This document shows positions 1-8,188 of a stretch of 32,000 nucleotides of DNA, piece after piece. The translations under genes and the position numbers were made by a program. Origin of the DNA: Demequinaceae bacterium. Lineage in GTDB: Bacteria > Actinomycetota > Actinomycetes > Actinomycetales > Demequinaceae. The notes below the pieces were generated by a model. That model was not told the origin of the DNA and did not search any database. It worked only from the letters and a program-made list of their open reading frames with translations. The DNA lies in assembly GCA_965250005.1 (NCBI GenBank), contig OZ252279.1, forward strand, positions 630,001 through 662,000. The letters are read 5' to 3'. The stretch's first letter is position 1, and each line of letters starts with the position of its first letter.

Positions 1-120
1 GAACTGCCTTCGGCTTTGCGACGTTTGAAAATGCTAGGCGACACGAACGACCTCTCGGATGTGGTGATTGCGCTGGCTCGCTGGGTGCTCCGGCCTGTCG
101 CCGTCGCGCAATACAGTTAA
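1..120 (+). CDS. 3' end of an unidentified CDS running in from the left edge (...ELPSALRRLKMLGDTNDLSDVVIALARWVLRPVAVAQYS*)
   Basis: Open frame 1 from the window edge to a TAA at 118-120. No family recognised and too short for assignment. Confidence 0.4.
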   Translation, partial: ELPSALRRLKMLGDTNDLSDVVIALARWVLRPVAVAQYS

Positions 121-208
121 TTGTAGCGCCAGCGCGCAAGTCGTATGCCCAATCCTTCGCTCTGAGCTCGTTGCCCGAGAGCGCATTCCGGCCAAAAGAG
201 ACAATCGG

Positions 209-1276
209 CTACGCGGCCCTCTTCCAGCCTGGCTGAATCCCGGCTAGTAGCGTGCACTCCAGGAGCCCCGCGAGCCGATACCCGGGTTCCGCGGCCTGTG
301 CCCCCTCGAGCATATCGCGGCAGACCACCGAGTCGCCGTCCCACCATGCGATCAACGCCTGCAGGGTGAGCGTAGGAGCGCGCTGATCCTGCCGCGCGAG
401 CGACGTGAGCCGGCCGCACAGCTCCCAGGCGACAGCAACCAGCGAATCCGTAGGACGTCGGCCCTGCTCGGGAGAGAGCAATACGTCGAGAGCCGCAGAT
501 ACCTGATTCGGGGCTGATCCAGCGAGAATCCCGCGAGCAGTCGCGAGCCTGCCTGGAAGGAGCGAAACCACCACGGCGTCCCTCACAGCGCGGTCTTGAA
601 GTGCTGCCACGAGCTTCCCCGCGTGCGCATCCGTGGGCATGTCCCCTCGCGCCGCCGCTTTCCACGCACCCCGCCAAAGCGCAAAGGAGTCCCGGCGCCA
701 TGTGGCGCCGTCGCGCTCTCGGTGGGCCCACCAGCGGTCCCCTGCGCGCGCCGCGCGCCTGCGGGACGGTTCGCCAGGCGATCGCGTTGTGGGGGCGCGG
801 CCCGCTTCCGAGCCGTGTGGGTACATGCGAACACTCGCGAGCTTTCTGTTGCGAGCGACAGCGGTAGGCACGACGGTGCCGTTCTGCGGGCAGCACGTGT
901 ACTTCGCGCACCCAGGCGAAAAATACCGCCCGTCCACGACTGCCCACCCCTCAACGTCGATCCCTGCCGCAAGGAGGGCGGGGCGAAGCGCGTCTGTTGC
1001 CGCACAGTCCAATCGCACAGCATCATCCGTGAATGAAACGGCAACCACGCTACGCGCACCGTCGCGCGCGAGATGAGCAACGATGCCTCGCACGAGGGGG
1101 CTGGCAACATCCGGTTGCAGACAATCAGTGCGATCCACGCGCAGCAGCACACCCAACTTGCCGCCTTCGAGAATCGCGACAAGGACGACAGACTCTCGCG
1201 GCTCGAACCCCAGCAGCACGGGAATCGTCGCTATCAACTCGCCAGGGCCGCGGATGTGGTGTCGGTGAGTCATCAC
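209..1276 (-). CDS. DUF4192 domain-containing protein
   Basis: 355-aa ORF MMTHRHHIRGPGELIATIPVLLGFEPRESVVLVAI... The opening 'P.LLGF.P..SVVLV' and overall composition match the actinobacterial DUF4192 family. Confidence 0.8.
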   Translation of the reverse strand: MMTHRHHIRGPGELIATIPVLLGFEPRESVVLVAILEGGKLGVLLRVDRTDCLQPDVASPLVRGIVAHLARDGARSVVAVSFTDDAVRLDCAATDALRPALLAAGIDVEGWAVVDGRYFSPGCAKYTCCPQNGTVVPTAVARNRKLASVRMYPHGSEAGRAPTTRSPGEPSRRRAARAGDRWWAHRERDGATWRRDSFALWRGAWKAAARGDMPTDAHAGKLVAALQDRAVRDAVVVSLLPGRLATARGILAGSAPNQVSAALDVLLSPEQGRRPTDSLVAVAWELCGRLTSLARQDQRAPTLTLQALIAWWDGDSVVCRDMLEGAQAAEPGYRLAGLLECTLLAGIQPGWKRAA

Positions 1277-1363
1277 TCAACGCTGAAGCACCGTCCAACG
1301 CGTGGCCACAGCAACCGCGCTTGCTGTGGGCGGTTTTGCTGTCAGGGGGCCTGGGGACCACCG

Positions 1364-1714
1364 CTAGAAAAGGATCTGCGCCACCCGCCGCACGTGGGCC
1401 CTGCTGCCCGAACGCAGAGTCTCGATGGGCGACGCGCCCAGCTCGGGGTGCTCATCGAGCATCCATGCCATCGCCTCGTCGTCGTCGAGTCCAGCGTCCC
1501 CAAGCATGGTCAAGGTCCCGTGGAGCCAGCGATGAGGCGTCACGCCGTGCATACTCTCGTCGAGGAATACCTCAGGAACATAGAGCGCGCTGTTTTCTCC
1601 ACGCCGAACTGCGAGCAGTTTGCGATCGTGCAATAGGTCGCGAACTCTACTCAACGGCACCCCAAGTCGCTCCGCCACATCAGGGACGGCCAGCCAGACA
1701 ATTCGATTCGACAC
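1364..1714 (-). CDS. Rv2175c-like winged-helix/HTH DNA-binding protein
   Basis: 116-aa ORF MSNRIVWLAVPDVAERLGVPLSRVRDLLHDRKLLAVRRGENSALYVPEVFL...; divergent from a PASTA kinase as in mycobacteria. Confidence 0.8.
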   Translation of the reverse strand: MSNRIVWLAVPDVAERLGVPLSRVRDLLHDRKLLAVRRGENSALYVPEVFLDESMHGVTPHRWLHGTLTMLGDAGLDDDEAMAWMLDEHPELGASPIETLRSGSRAHVRRVAQILF

Positions 1715-1798
1715 GACACAAGCCTACAAACAACGCGGAGCGCTGATTGCCTCTGCGCGTTTCGGTCATCAGGCCAGCCCCGCGCACGGCCCTAGAAT

Positions 1799-3748
1799 GT
1801 GTTCGTGCCCAAGACCGCTATTGACCCACTTGTCGGCCAAGTAGTCGACGACCGCTACTTGGTGCGCGAACTCATCGCCAAAGGCGGAATGGCCACGGTC
1901 TACCTTGCGACAGACCGCCGCCTAGGTCGCGACGTCGCCCTCAAGATCATGCGGCCGGCCCTCGCTGGCGAAGGAACCACGAGCGACTTCATATCGAGGT
2001 TCCGGAGGGAAGCGCGCGCAGCCGCCCGTCTCACCCATCCCGGGATGGTGCGGGTGTACGACCAGGGCACTGATGGCGACACCAGCTATCTCACAATGGA
2101 GTACATCGAGGGCGACAACCTGCGCCAACGCCTCGAGCAGGAAGCGACCATCCCGGTCGGCGAGGCGCTTCAAATCACCGAGGCGATTCTCGGAGCGCTC
2201 GGCGCCGCCCACGCGCTTGGCCTGGTCCACCGAGACGTCAAGCCCGAGAACATTCTAATCGACGCAGACGGCAATCCCAAGATCGCTGACTTCGGGTTGG
2301 CGCGAGCCGTCACCGACATCACTGCGACTACCACGGGAACAATCATGGGCACGGTCGCGTATCTTGGCCCCGAGTTGGTGCAACGCGGTGAAAGCGATGC
2401 GCGGACCGACGTGTACGCAATCGGGATCCTGCTTTACGAAATGGTCACAGGTCGCCAGCCATTTACCGGTGAGTCCGCGATCGACATCGCACACCGCCAC
2501 GTCCAAGAGAACATTCCCCCGCCGTCTGCGCACGTGCCGTGGTTACCGCCGGAGTTCGATGCCCTAGTCAGCGAGCTCGCCGCTCGCGACCCCGACGCGC
2601 GACCTAGCGACGCGAACCAGGCTCTCACTGCAGTGCGGCGCGCACGAACCATGATCGACGACCCAACGCTTGATCGCCGCGCCGACCCGCCGACTGGCTC
2701 GTTCCCGGTGTCCACCCACACGGCGCAGACGCAGGTGCTCGACCCCACGCCCACCGGCTCGACGGTGGCGCTACCCATCGGCCTTGGCCTCGAGTTTGAG
2801 GCGGAGGACGAGGAGGACCTCGATCCGACCACGTCGTCGCAAATCACCACGGCGCCCAATCGCCTCGCGTGGTGGGTCGGTGCCATTGCCGCCGCGATCG
2901 TCGCCCTCGCGCTAATGGGCGTCTGGTGGTACTCGGCCATCGGCCCCGGCGCCTACACACAGATCCCTGATGTTGCGGGCCGGACCGTGGAGGAGGCCAC
3001 CACAGCGCTTGAAGCCGAGGGTCTCACCGTCGCCGTGAACCAAAAGTACAACGACGAGGTGCCCGTCGGCTCGGTCGTAGGCACGGATCCCCCAGCGGAA
3101 GAAGAAGTCATCAATGCGGGCACGGTCACGGTGATCGTGTCTCGGGGCCCGATGATGACCGATATTCCCGTCGTCGCGACCATCCTCGAGTCAGATGCTC
3201 TGGAGCGGCTGTCTGACGCTGGCTTTCCCGCCCCAAACGTGAGTCGGGCCTATAGCGACACCGTTCCTGTGGGTGAAGTCATCTCGAGTGAGCCTGCTGC
3301 CGGCGAGCGCGTTCGTCACGACACCGTGATCGATCTACTTATCTCGGACGGCCCCGAACCAATTAGGATTCCGAATGTATTCAACGCGGCAGAGGGAACG
3401 GCGCTGGCCGCATTGGAAGGCTTTGCTCTCGACGTCACCGTGGTCAGGGGTCGCACGGACCTGGTCGACGAGGGGCACGTGTATGACCAAGACCCGGCGA
3501 GTGGCACCGCCGGACTGCGCACGCAAGAGATGGTCATCTACGTATCGATCGGCCTGCCGCTTGTAGACGTCCCCAACTTCACAGGACTGAACGAGGCACT
3601 GGCTATCGCGCGAGCCGAAGACGAGGGCCTGCTTGTCACGGTGACAAATGTGCCCTGGGAGAGTTGCGCCCCCTTGACCATCTGCGGCCAGAGCGTCGCG
3701 CCCGGCGAAGAGGTCGAGATCGGCTCCACGATCCATCTGTGGTACTAG
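1799..3748 (+). CDS. PASTA domain-containing Ser/Thr protein kinase (PknL/PknB type)
   Basis: Kinase motifs AKGGMATVYLA, VALKIM, HRDVKPENIL and DFGLA; single TM segment WWVGAIAAAIVALALMGVWWY; extracellular PASTA-like repeats (IPDVAGRTVEEATTALEAEGLTV, IPNVFNAAEGTALAALEGFALDV, VPNFTGLNEALAIARAEDEGL). GTG start. Confidence 0.93.
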   Translation: MFVPKTAIDPLVGQVVDDRYLVRELIAKGGMATVYLATDRRLGRDVALKIMRPALAGEGTTSDFISRFRREARAAARLTHPGMVRVYDQGTDGDTSYLTMEYIEGDNLRQRLEQEATIPVGEALQITEAILGALGAAHALGLVHRDVKPENILIDADGNPKIADFGLARAVTDITATTTGTIMGTVAYLGPELVQRGESDARTDVYAIGILLYEMVTGRQPFTGESAIDIAHRHVQENIPPPSAHVPWLPPEFDALVSELAARDPDARPSDANQALTAVRRARTMIDDPTLDRRADPPTGSFPVSTHTAQTQVLDPTPTGSTVALPIGLGLEFEAEDEEDLDPTTSSQITTAPNRLAWWVGAIAAAIVALALMGVWWYSAIGPGAYTQIPDVAGRTVEEATTALEAEGLTVAVNQKYNDEVPVGSVVGTDPPAEEEVINAGTVTVIVSRGPMMTDIPVVATILESDALERLSDAGFPAPNVSRAYSDTVPVGEVISSEPAAGERVRHDTVIDLLISDGPEPIRIPNVFNAAEGTALAALEGFALDVTVVRGRTDLVDEGHVYDQDPASGTAGLRTQEMVIYVSIGLPLVDVPNFTGLNEALAIARAEDEGLLVTVTNVPWESCAPLTICGQSVAPGEEVEIGSTIHLWY

Positions 3749-3786
3749 CCCGACGCGCCCCAGTGTAGGCCGCGAGCAGCGCCCGG

Positions 3787-5136
3787 CTAATTGGCGAGTA
3801 GCCCCGAGACCAGGAACGCCATCTCAAGCGACTGCTGGTGATTGAGGCGCGGGTCGACCAGTGTCTCGTAACGGCTCTTGAGGCCCTCGTCGTCGATCTC
3901 CTCGGTCCCGCCCATCACCTCGGTGACATCGTCGCCAGTGAGCTCAATGAGGATGCCTCCCGGGACCGTCCCCGCAGCGCGGTGGACCTCGAAGAAGCCG
4001 CGCACCTCGTCGAGGAGCACGTCGAAGCGGCGCGTTTTGTAACCAGATTCTGAGGTGAAGGTGTTGCCGTGCATCGGGTCCGTCAGCCACGTCACCGGTG
4101 CACCCGCGTCGCGGACAGCTTCCACAAGCGCAGGCAGCGCCTCGCGAACCTTGTCAGCGCCCATGCGTGCGACAAACGTGAGCCGGCCGGGGATCGCGTC
4201 CGGGTTGAGCTTTTCGATGAGCGCGAGCACGTCTTCCGGCTTGGTGCTCGGGCCCAACTTCACGCCAATGGGGTTGGTCACCTTGGACAGGAACTCCACG
4301 TGCGCGCCATCGAGATCGCGTGTGCGCTCCCCTATCCAGAGGAAGTGCGCCGAGCAGTCGTACGGCTCTCCGCTCAGCGAGTCGATGCGCGTGAGCGCGC
4401 GCTCGTAATCAAGGAGCAGCGCCTCGTGGCTCGAGAAGAATTCCACAGTCTTGAGCGCGTCGAAGTCGCCACCGGCTGCCGCCATGAAGCGAACCGCGCG
4501 ATCGATTTCGGAGGCAGTCTTCTCGTACTTTGCGTACGCCGGGTTCGCAGTAAAGCCCTTGTTCCATTCGTGGACGCGGCGCAGATCAGCGAAGCCGCCG
4601 GTGGTAAACGCGCGAATCAGATTGAGCGTAGACGCGCTGGTTTGGTAGGCGCGGACCATTCGATGCGGGTTCGGAACGCGCTCCTTCTCGGTGAATCCGA
4701 AGGCATTCACGATGTCCCCGCGGAACGCTGGCAAAGTCACGCCGTCGCGCGTCTCCGTGTCTGCGGAACGCGGTTTGGCGTATTGGCCCGCCATGCGGCC
4801 GATCTTGACCACGGGCATGCTCGCCCCGTACGTCAAGATCACCGCCATCTGCAAGATCGTCTTGATCTTGTTGCGGATGCGGTCGGCGGTTGCCTCGTCA
4901 AAGGTTTCCGCGCAGTCGCCCCCGACCAGCACGAACGCTTCACCCTTGGAGGCCGCGTCGAGGTGGCCGCGAAGCACGTCCGCCTCGCCTGCAAACACCA
5001 GCGGTGGAACATTCTTGAGCTCGTCGGTCGCCTTCTTGAGCTCGTCCTGGTCGGGCCAGTTGGGCTGTTGCTTCGCCTCGCACGCGAGGTAAGCGTCTAC
5101 GCCAGCAGCCTTGAGCTTGGCGTCAGTCGCGGACAT
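3787..5136 (-). CDS. aroG: class II 3-deoxy-7-phosphoheptulonate (DAHP) synthase
   Basis: Class II DAHP synthase motifs GQYAKPRSADTE, GDCAETF, WIGERTRDLDGAHVEFL, DPMHGNT and IELTGDDVTE. Start taken at MSATDAKL (5136), overlapping the upstream stop (TGATG). Confidence 0.95.
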   Translation of the reverse strand: MSATDAKLKAAGVDAYLACEAKQQPNWPDQDELKKATDELKNVPPLVFAGEADVLRGHLDAASKGEAFVLVGGDCAETFDEATADRIRNKIKTILQMAVILTYGASMPVVKIGRMAGQYAKPRSADTETRDGVTLPAFRGDIVNAFGFTEKERVPNPHRMVRAYQTSASTLNLIRAFTTGGFADLRRVHEWNKGFTANPAYAKYEKTASEIDRAVRFMAAAGGDFDALKTVEFFSSHEALLLDYERALTRIDSLSGEPYDCSAHFLWIGERTRDLDGAHVEFLSKVTNPIGVKLGPSTKPEDVLALIEKLNPDAIPGRLTFVARMGADKVREALPALVEAVRDAGAPVTWLTDPMHGNTFTSESGYKTRRFDVLLDEVRGFFEVHRAAGTVPGGILIELTGDDVTEVMGGTEEIDDEGLKSRYETLVDPRLNHQQSLEMAFLVSGLLAN

Positions 5137-6335
5137 CAGCCCTGACCAATCGCGGCGAGCATCTCGGTGAACCACGGCGTCTTGGTGTCGAACGGCTTAC
5201 CGCCCGCAATCCGCGGGAAAGCTATCGCCTTGAGGCGGCCGCCGTCATCGTCGTCGTGGCCGATCACTCCGGGCTTGCCCTTGAGTGCTGACTCGACGGC
5301 GTAGTCCGTCATCGACTTGATGAGGCGCAGGTCCTGCGCGTTTGCGCGCGCCGATCGCGAGAAGTAGCCCGACTTCTGGACCATAGTTTTCTCGGCACCT
5401 ATCCGGTCGGCAAACTGCTGGGCGAACCATGCGCCCGGGTTGATGGTGTCGAGCTTGACGTGGCCGAACGGGTCGCGGCCAACCTCGCCGCCCGCGTCCT
5501 CAATCTCCTTGATGATTTCGGGCACACCGGCGCCCTCAGAGAGAAAGATATTGACGTTGCCCACGTCGTCCATGACGGCCTTGAGGCGCTTGGCCTCGGC
5601 GTCGAGGTCAAGCGACATCTCGGGGACGAATACCGCGTGGACGTCCCAGCGTTCCTTGGTGAGGCCGATGCCCGGGACCCAGTCCAGCGTGTCGAGCCAA
5701 CGCCGGTATTTGCTGGCCGAGGCCGCGGTGAGCCAGCCGCTGTGTCGACCCATCACTTCGTGGACGATAAGCATGCGCGGGTTTGATCGGTGCTCGCCGA
5801 TCACGTTCTGAGCGAAGACGCTGGCTTGCTCGGCTGCGCTCCACGCGCCAAGCGACTGCCCGATCGGCACAACGTCGTTGTCGATTGTCTTGGGCAGGCC
5901 AACGACCGTGAGATTGTAGTCGTTCTTCTCCAGGTACGCGGCGAGGTCAGCTGCGGTCAAGTTTGTGTCGTCTCCACCGATCGTGTGAAGGACGTCTATG
6001 CCGTCGGCTTTGAGCTGGTTCGCGGCGACGGCGAGCGGGTCCTCGCCTTCTTTCACGAGGCCGCGCTCCACGCAGTCCTTGACGTTGGTGAGCTTGACGC
6101 GGCTGTTGCCGATGGGCGAGCCGCCAAAGTCGTGCAGTATCCCTGCGGCCTCGCGGACGTCCTGCGTGATGGTGACCGAGTTGCCCGTGAGGAGTCCGTG
6201 ATAGCCGTGCTGGTAGGCAATGATCTCGATTCTGGGCGCGATCTCCGTGTAGCGGCCAATGAGACCGCCCACTGCAGAAGACAAGCAGGGGGCAAAACCA
6301 CCGGCGGTGAGCAGGGCGACGCGACGGACCGTCAT
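5136..6335 (-). CDS. pfp: pyrophosphate--fructose-6-phosphate 1-phosphotransferase
   Basis: Phosphofructokinase fold with GGDDTNLTA and GLPKTIDNDV, the PPi-dependent signatures, plus HEVMGRHSGWL. Start at MTVRRVALLTAGG within the longer listed ORF. Confidence 0.9.
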   Translation of the reverse strand: MTVRRVALLTAGGFAPCLSSAVGGLIGRYTEIAPRIEIIAYQHGYHGLLTGNSVTITQDVREAAGILHDFGGSPIGNSRVKLTNVKDCVERGLVKEGEDPLAVAANQLKADGIDVLHTIGGDDTNLTAADLAAYLEKNDYNLTVVGLPKTIDNDVVPIGQSLGAWSAAEQASVFAQNVIGEHRSNPRMLIVHEVMGRHSGWLTAASASKYRRWLDTLDWVPGIGLTKERWDVHAVFVPEMSLDLDAEAKRLKAVMDDVGNVNIFLSEGAGVPEIIKEIEDAGGEVGRDPFGHVKLDTINPGAWFAQQFADRIGAEKTMVQKSGYFSRSARANAQDLRLIKSMTDYAVESALKGKPGVIGHDDDDGGRLKAIAFPRIAGGKPFDTKTPWFTEMLAAIGQG

Positions 6336-6395
6336 GGCAAAACCTTTCGAAAATGTGCGGGCGAACGTGCCCATTCTAGGTGCGACCGAGCGGGC

Positions 6396-7115
6396 TTAGT
6401 CCCCGAGCTCGCCTTCCCACTGTTCGCGAGCTTCACGGTCAAGTTCGCGCTTGCGACCGGTCGCATCACGGTCGATGAATTTCTGGCCAGACAACTCCTG
6501 GATCGCCTTCATGATCATGTCTGTGACCTCCCGCAGGACGGCGCGATCTTCTTGCTTGCCGGCGTACTCCGAGAAGTCGAGCGGCGGGCCAATGTTGACG
6601 CCGGTCTGGTGCCGGCTGGGCAGCTTCTTGCCGACCGGCTGGGCGATGTCTGTGCCGATCATGGCGATGGGCACCACCGGCACCCCGGACTCGATCGCCA
6701 TGCGAGCGACGCCAGTCTTGCCCCGGTAGAGATTGCCGTCGGGGCTCCGTGTGCCCTCGGGGTAGATGCCCAGGAGTTCGCCGCCCTGCAAAACCTGAAG
6801 GCCCGTACGGAGAGCGGCCTCGGACGCCTTCCCTCCGCCGCGGTAGACGGGGATGGTGCCGACGCCTGACATGAAGGCGCGAACGGCAGCACCCTTGGGC
6901 CCCTTGCCTGTGAAGTACTCGGCCTTACCGAGGAACACAACCTTGCGCTTGATGACGAGCGGCAGAAAGATCGAATCCGAGAACGACAGGTGGTTGCTCG
7001 CGAGAATCGCGCCACCCTCGGCAGGAATGTTCTCGTGCCCCTTGACCCACGGGCGGTAGATGGTCTTCAACCCGGGGCCCAGCAGAACGTGCTTGAACAA
7101 TCCGTAGTAGCTCAT
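6396..7115 (-). CDS. lysophospholipid acyltransferase family protein (1-acyl-sn-glycerol-3-phosphate acyltransferase-like)
   Basis: Acyltransferase motifs ILASNHLSFSDSIFLPL (NHxxxxD), GIYPEGTRSPDG and VPVVPIAMIGT. Confidence 0.92.
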   Translation of the reverse strand: MSYYGLFKHVLLGPGLKTIYRPWVKGHENIPAEGGAILASNHLSFSDSIFLPLVIKRKVVFLGKAEYFTGKGPKGAAVRAFMSGVGTIPVYRGGGKASEAALRTGLQVLQGGELLGIYPEGTRSPDGNLYRGKTGVARMAIESGVPVVPIAMIGTDIAQPVGKKLPSRHQTGVNIGPPLDFSEYAGKQEDRAVLREVTDMIMKAIQELSGQKFIDRDATGRKRELDREAREQWEGELGD

Positions 7116-7142
7116 GCGGTGAACCCCTTTCTTACTATCAAC

Positions 7143-8108
7143 CTAGTGCCCAGCCGCACGGGGAACGCGCGCCAGTGCGGCGGCCCCCACGATTCCTGCG
7201 TCGTTGCCCATATCCGCCGCGACGATGGGCGCGACCGTACGGTGGCCCTCGGCGGGCAGTGCCCGTATGAACGCCTTGCGGGCGGGTTCGAGCAAGAGAT
7301 CGCCGGCACCAATAACTCCTCCACCGATGACGTAGATCTCGGGATCGAGCACTGCCGCCAACGACGCGCAGCCCTCGCCCATCCACGTGCCCAGCTCGGA
7401 CAAAAGCGACACCGCGAGCGGGTCTGCCGCCATTGCAGCCGCCGTCACGTGCGGACCGCTCAGAGATTCGATTTGGCCCCCCGCATGCTCGAGGATCGCC
7501 GATGCTCGCTCCGGGTTGTCTACCGCTTGGCGCCGCGCCTCGCGCACCAGAGCGGATCCCGACGCGTACTGCTCCCAGCATCCGCGGTGCCCGCAGCCGC
7601 ACAGGTGGCCGTCCGGAACTACACGGACGTGACCGAGCTCGGCGGCAAAACCATACGCGCCGCGCACCAGCTCGCCACCCACGACCATCGCCGCGCCGAG
7701 GCCAGTGCCGATGGTCAGCATGATCATGGTGGACGTACCGCGCGCCGCGCCATACTTGAACTCGGCCCAACCTGCCGCGTTAGCATCGTTCTCGACAATC
7801 ACGGAGAGCGGCCTGCCGATGGCCGTATGGACCTTCTCTGCCAGCGGATAGTCCCGCCACGCCGCAATGTTCGGGCCGAACAACACGCGTTCGCGATCAG
7901 AACTGACAAATCCGGCGGCGGCCAGGCCTACCGCGTCAAACTCGTAGTCGGCCGCAAACGCATTCACCACATCGGCAATCGCGGCGTCTATTCCTGCTGC
8001 GTCGCGCGGCGAGGTGTCGCGTCGCGCCTTCGCAACGATGACTCCGGCGTCATCGACAACACCCGCAGCGATCTTGGTGCCGCCAATGTCAACGCCAACC
8101 GCGTGCAT
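7143..8108 (-). CDS. glk: ROK family glucokinase
   Basis: MHAVGVDIGGTKIAAGVVD, VENDANAAGWAEFKYGAARG, GELVRGAYGFAAELGHVRV and CGCGHRGCWEQYASG (ROK zinc motif). ATG at 8108; a TTG lies one codon upstream. Confidence 0.94.
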   Translation of the reverse strand: MHAVGVDIGGTKIAAGVVDDAGVIVAKARRDTSPRDAAGIDAAIADVVNAFAADYEFDAVGLAAAGFVSSDRERVLFGPNIAAWRDYPLAEKVHTAIGRPLSVIVENDANAAGWAEFKYGAARGTSTMIMLTIGTGLGAAMVVGGELVRGAYGFAAELGHVRVVPDGHLCGCGHRGCWEQYASGSALVREARRQAVDNPERASAILEHAGGQIESLSGPHVTAAAMAADPLAVSLLSELGTWMGEGCASLAAVLDPEIYVIGGGVIGAGDLLLEPARKAFIRALPAEGHRTVAPIVAADMGNDAGIVGAAALARVPRAAGH

Positions 8109-8188
8109 CAATTACCCACTCTTCCGTACCTGAATGTGCCTCCAAAGGGTATCGTGGCCAACACCCAGAGATCGCCATCGGAGGCATC

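Noticed and set aside
117-947. 276-aa minus-strand ORF overlapping DUF4192
   Set aside because: Arg/Ala-rich alternate frame of the DUF4192-like gene with no recognisable domain.
4069-5145. 358-aa plus-strand ORF opposite the DAHP synthase gene
   Set aside because: Antisense shadow ORF. Low-complexity Arg/Val/His composition, no family motif, and the opposite strand has clear class II DAHP synthase motifs.
5790-6869. 359-aa plus-strand ORF across pfp and the acyltransferase
   Set aside because: Spans two unrelated, well-supported minus-strand genes; typical high-GC shadow frame.
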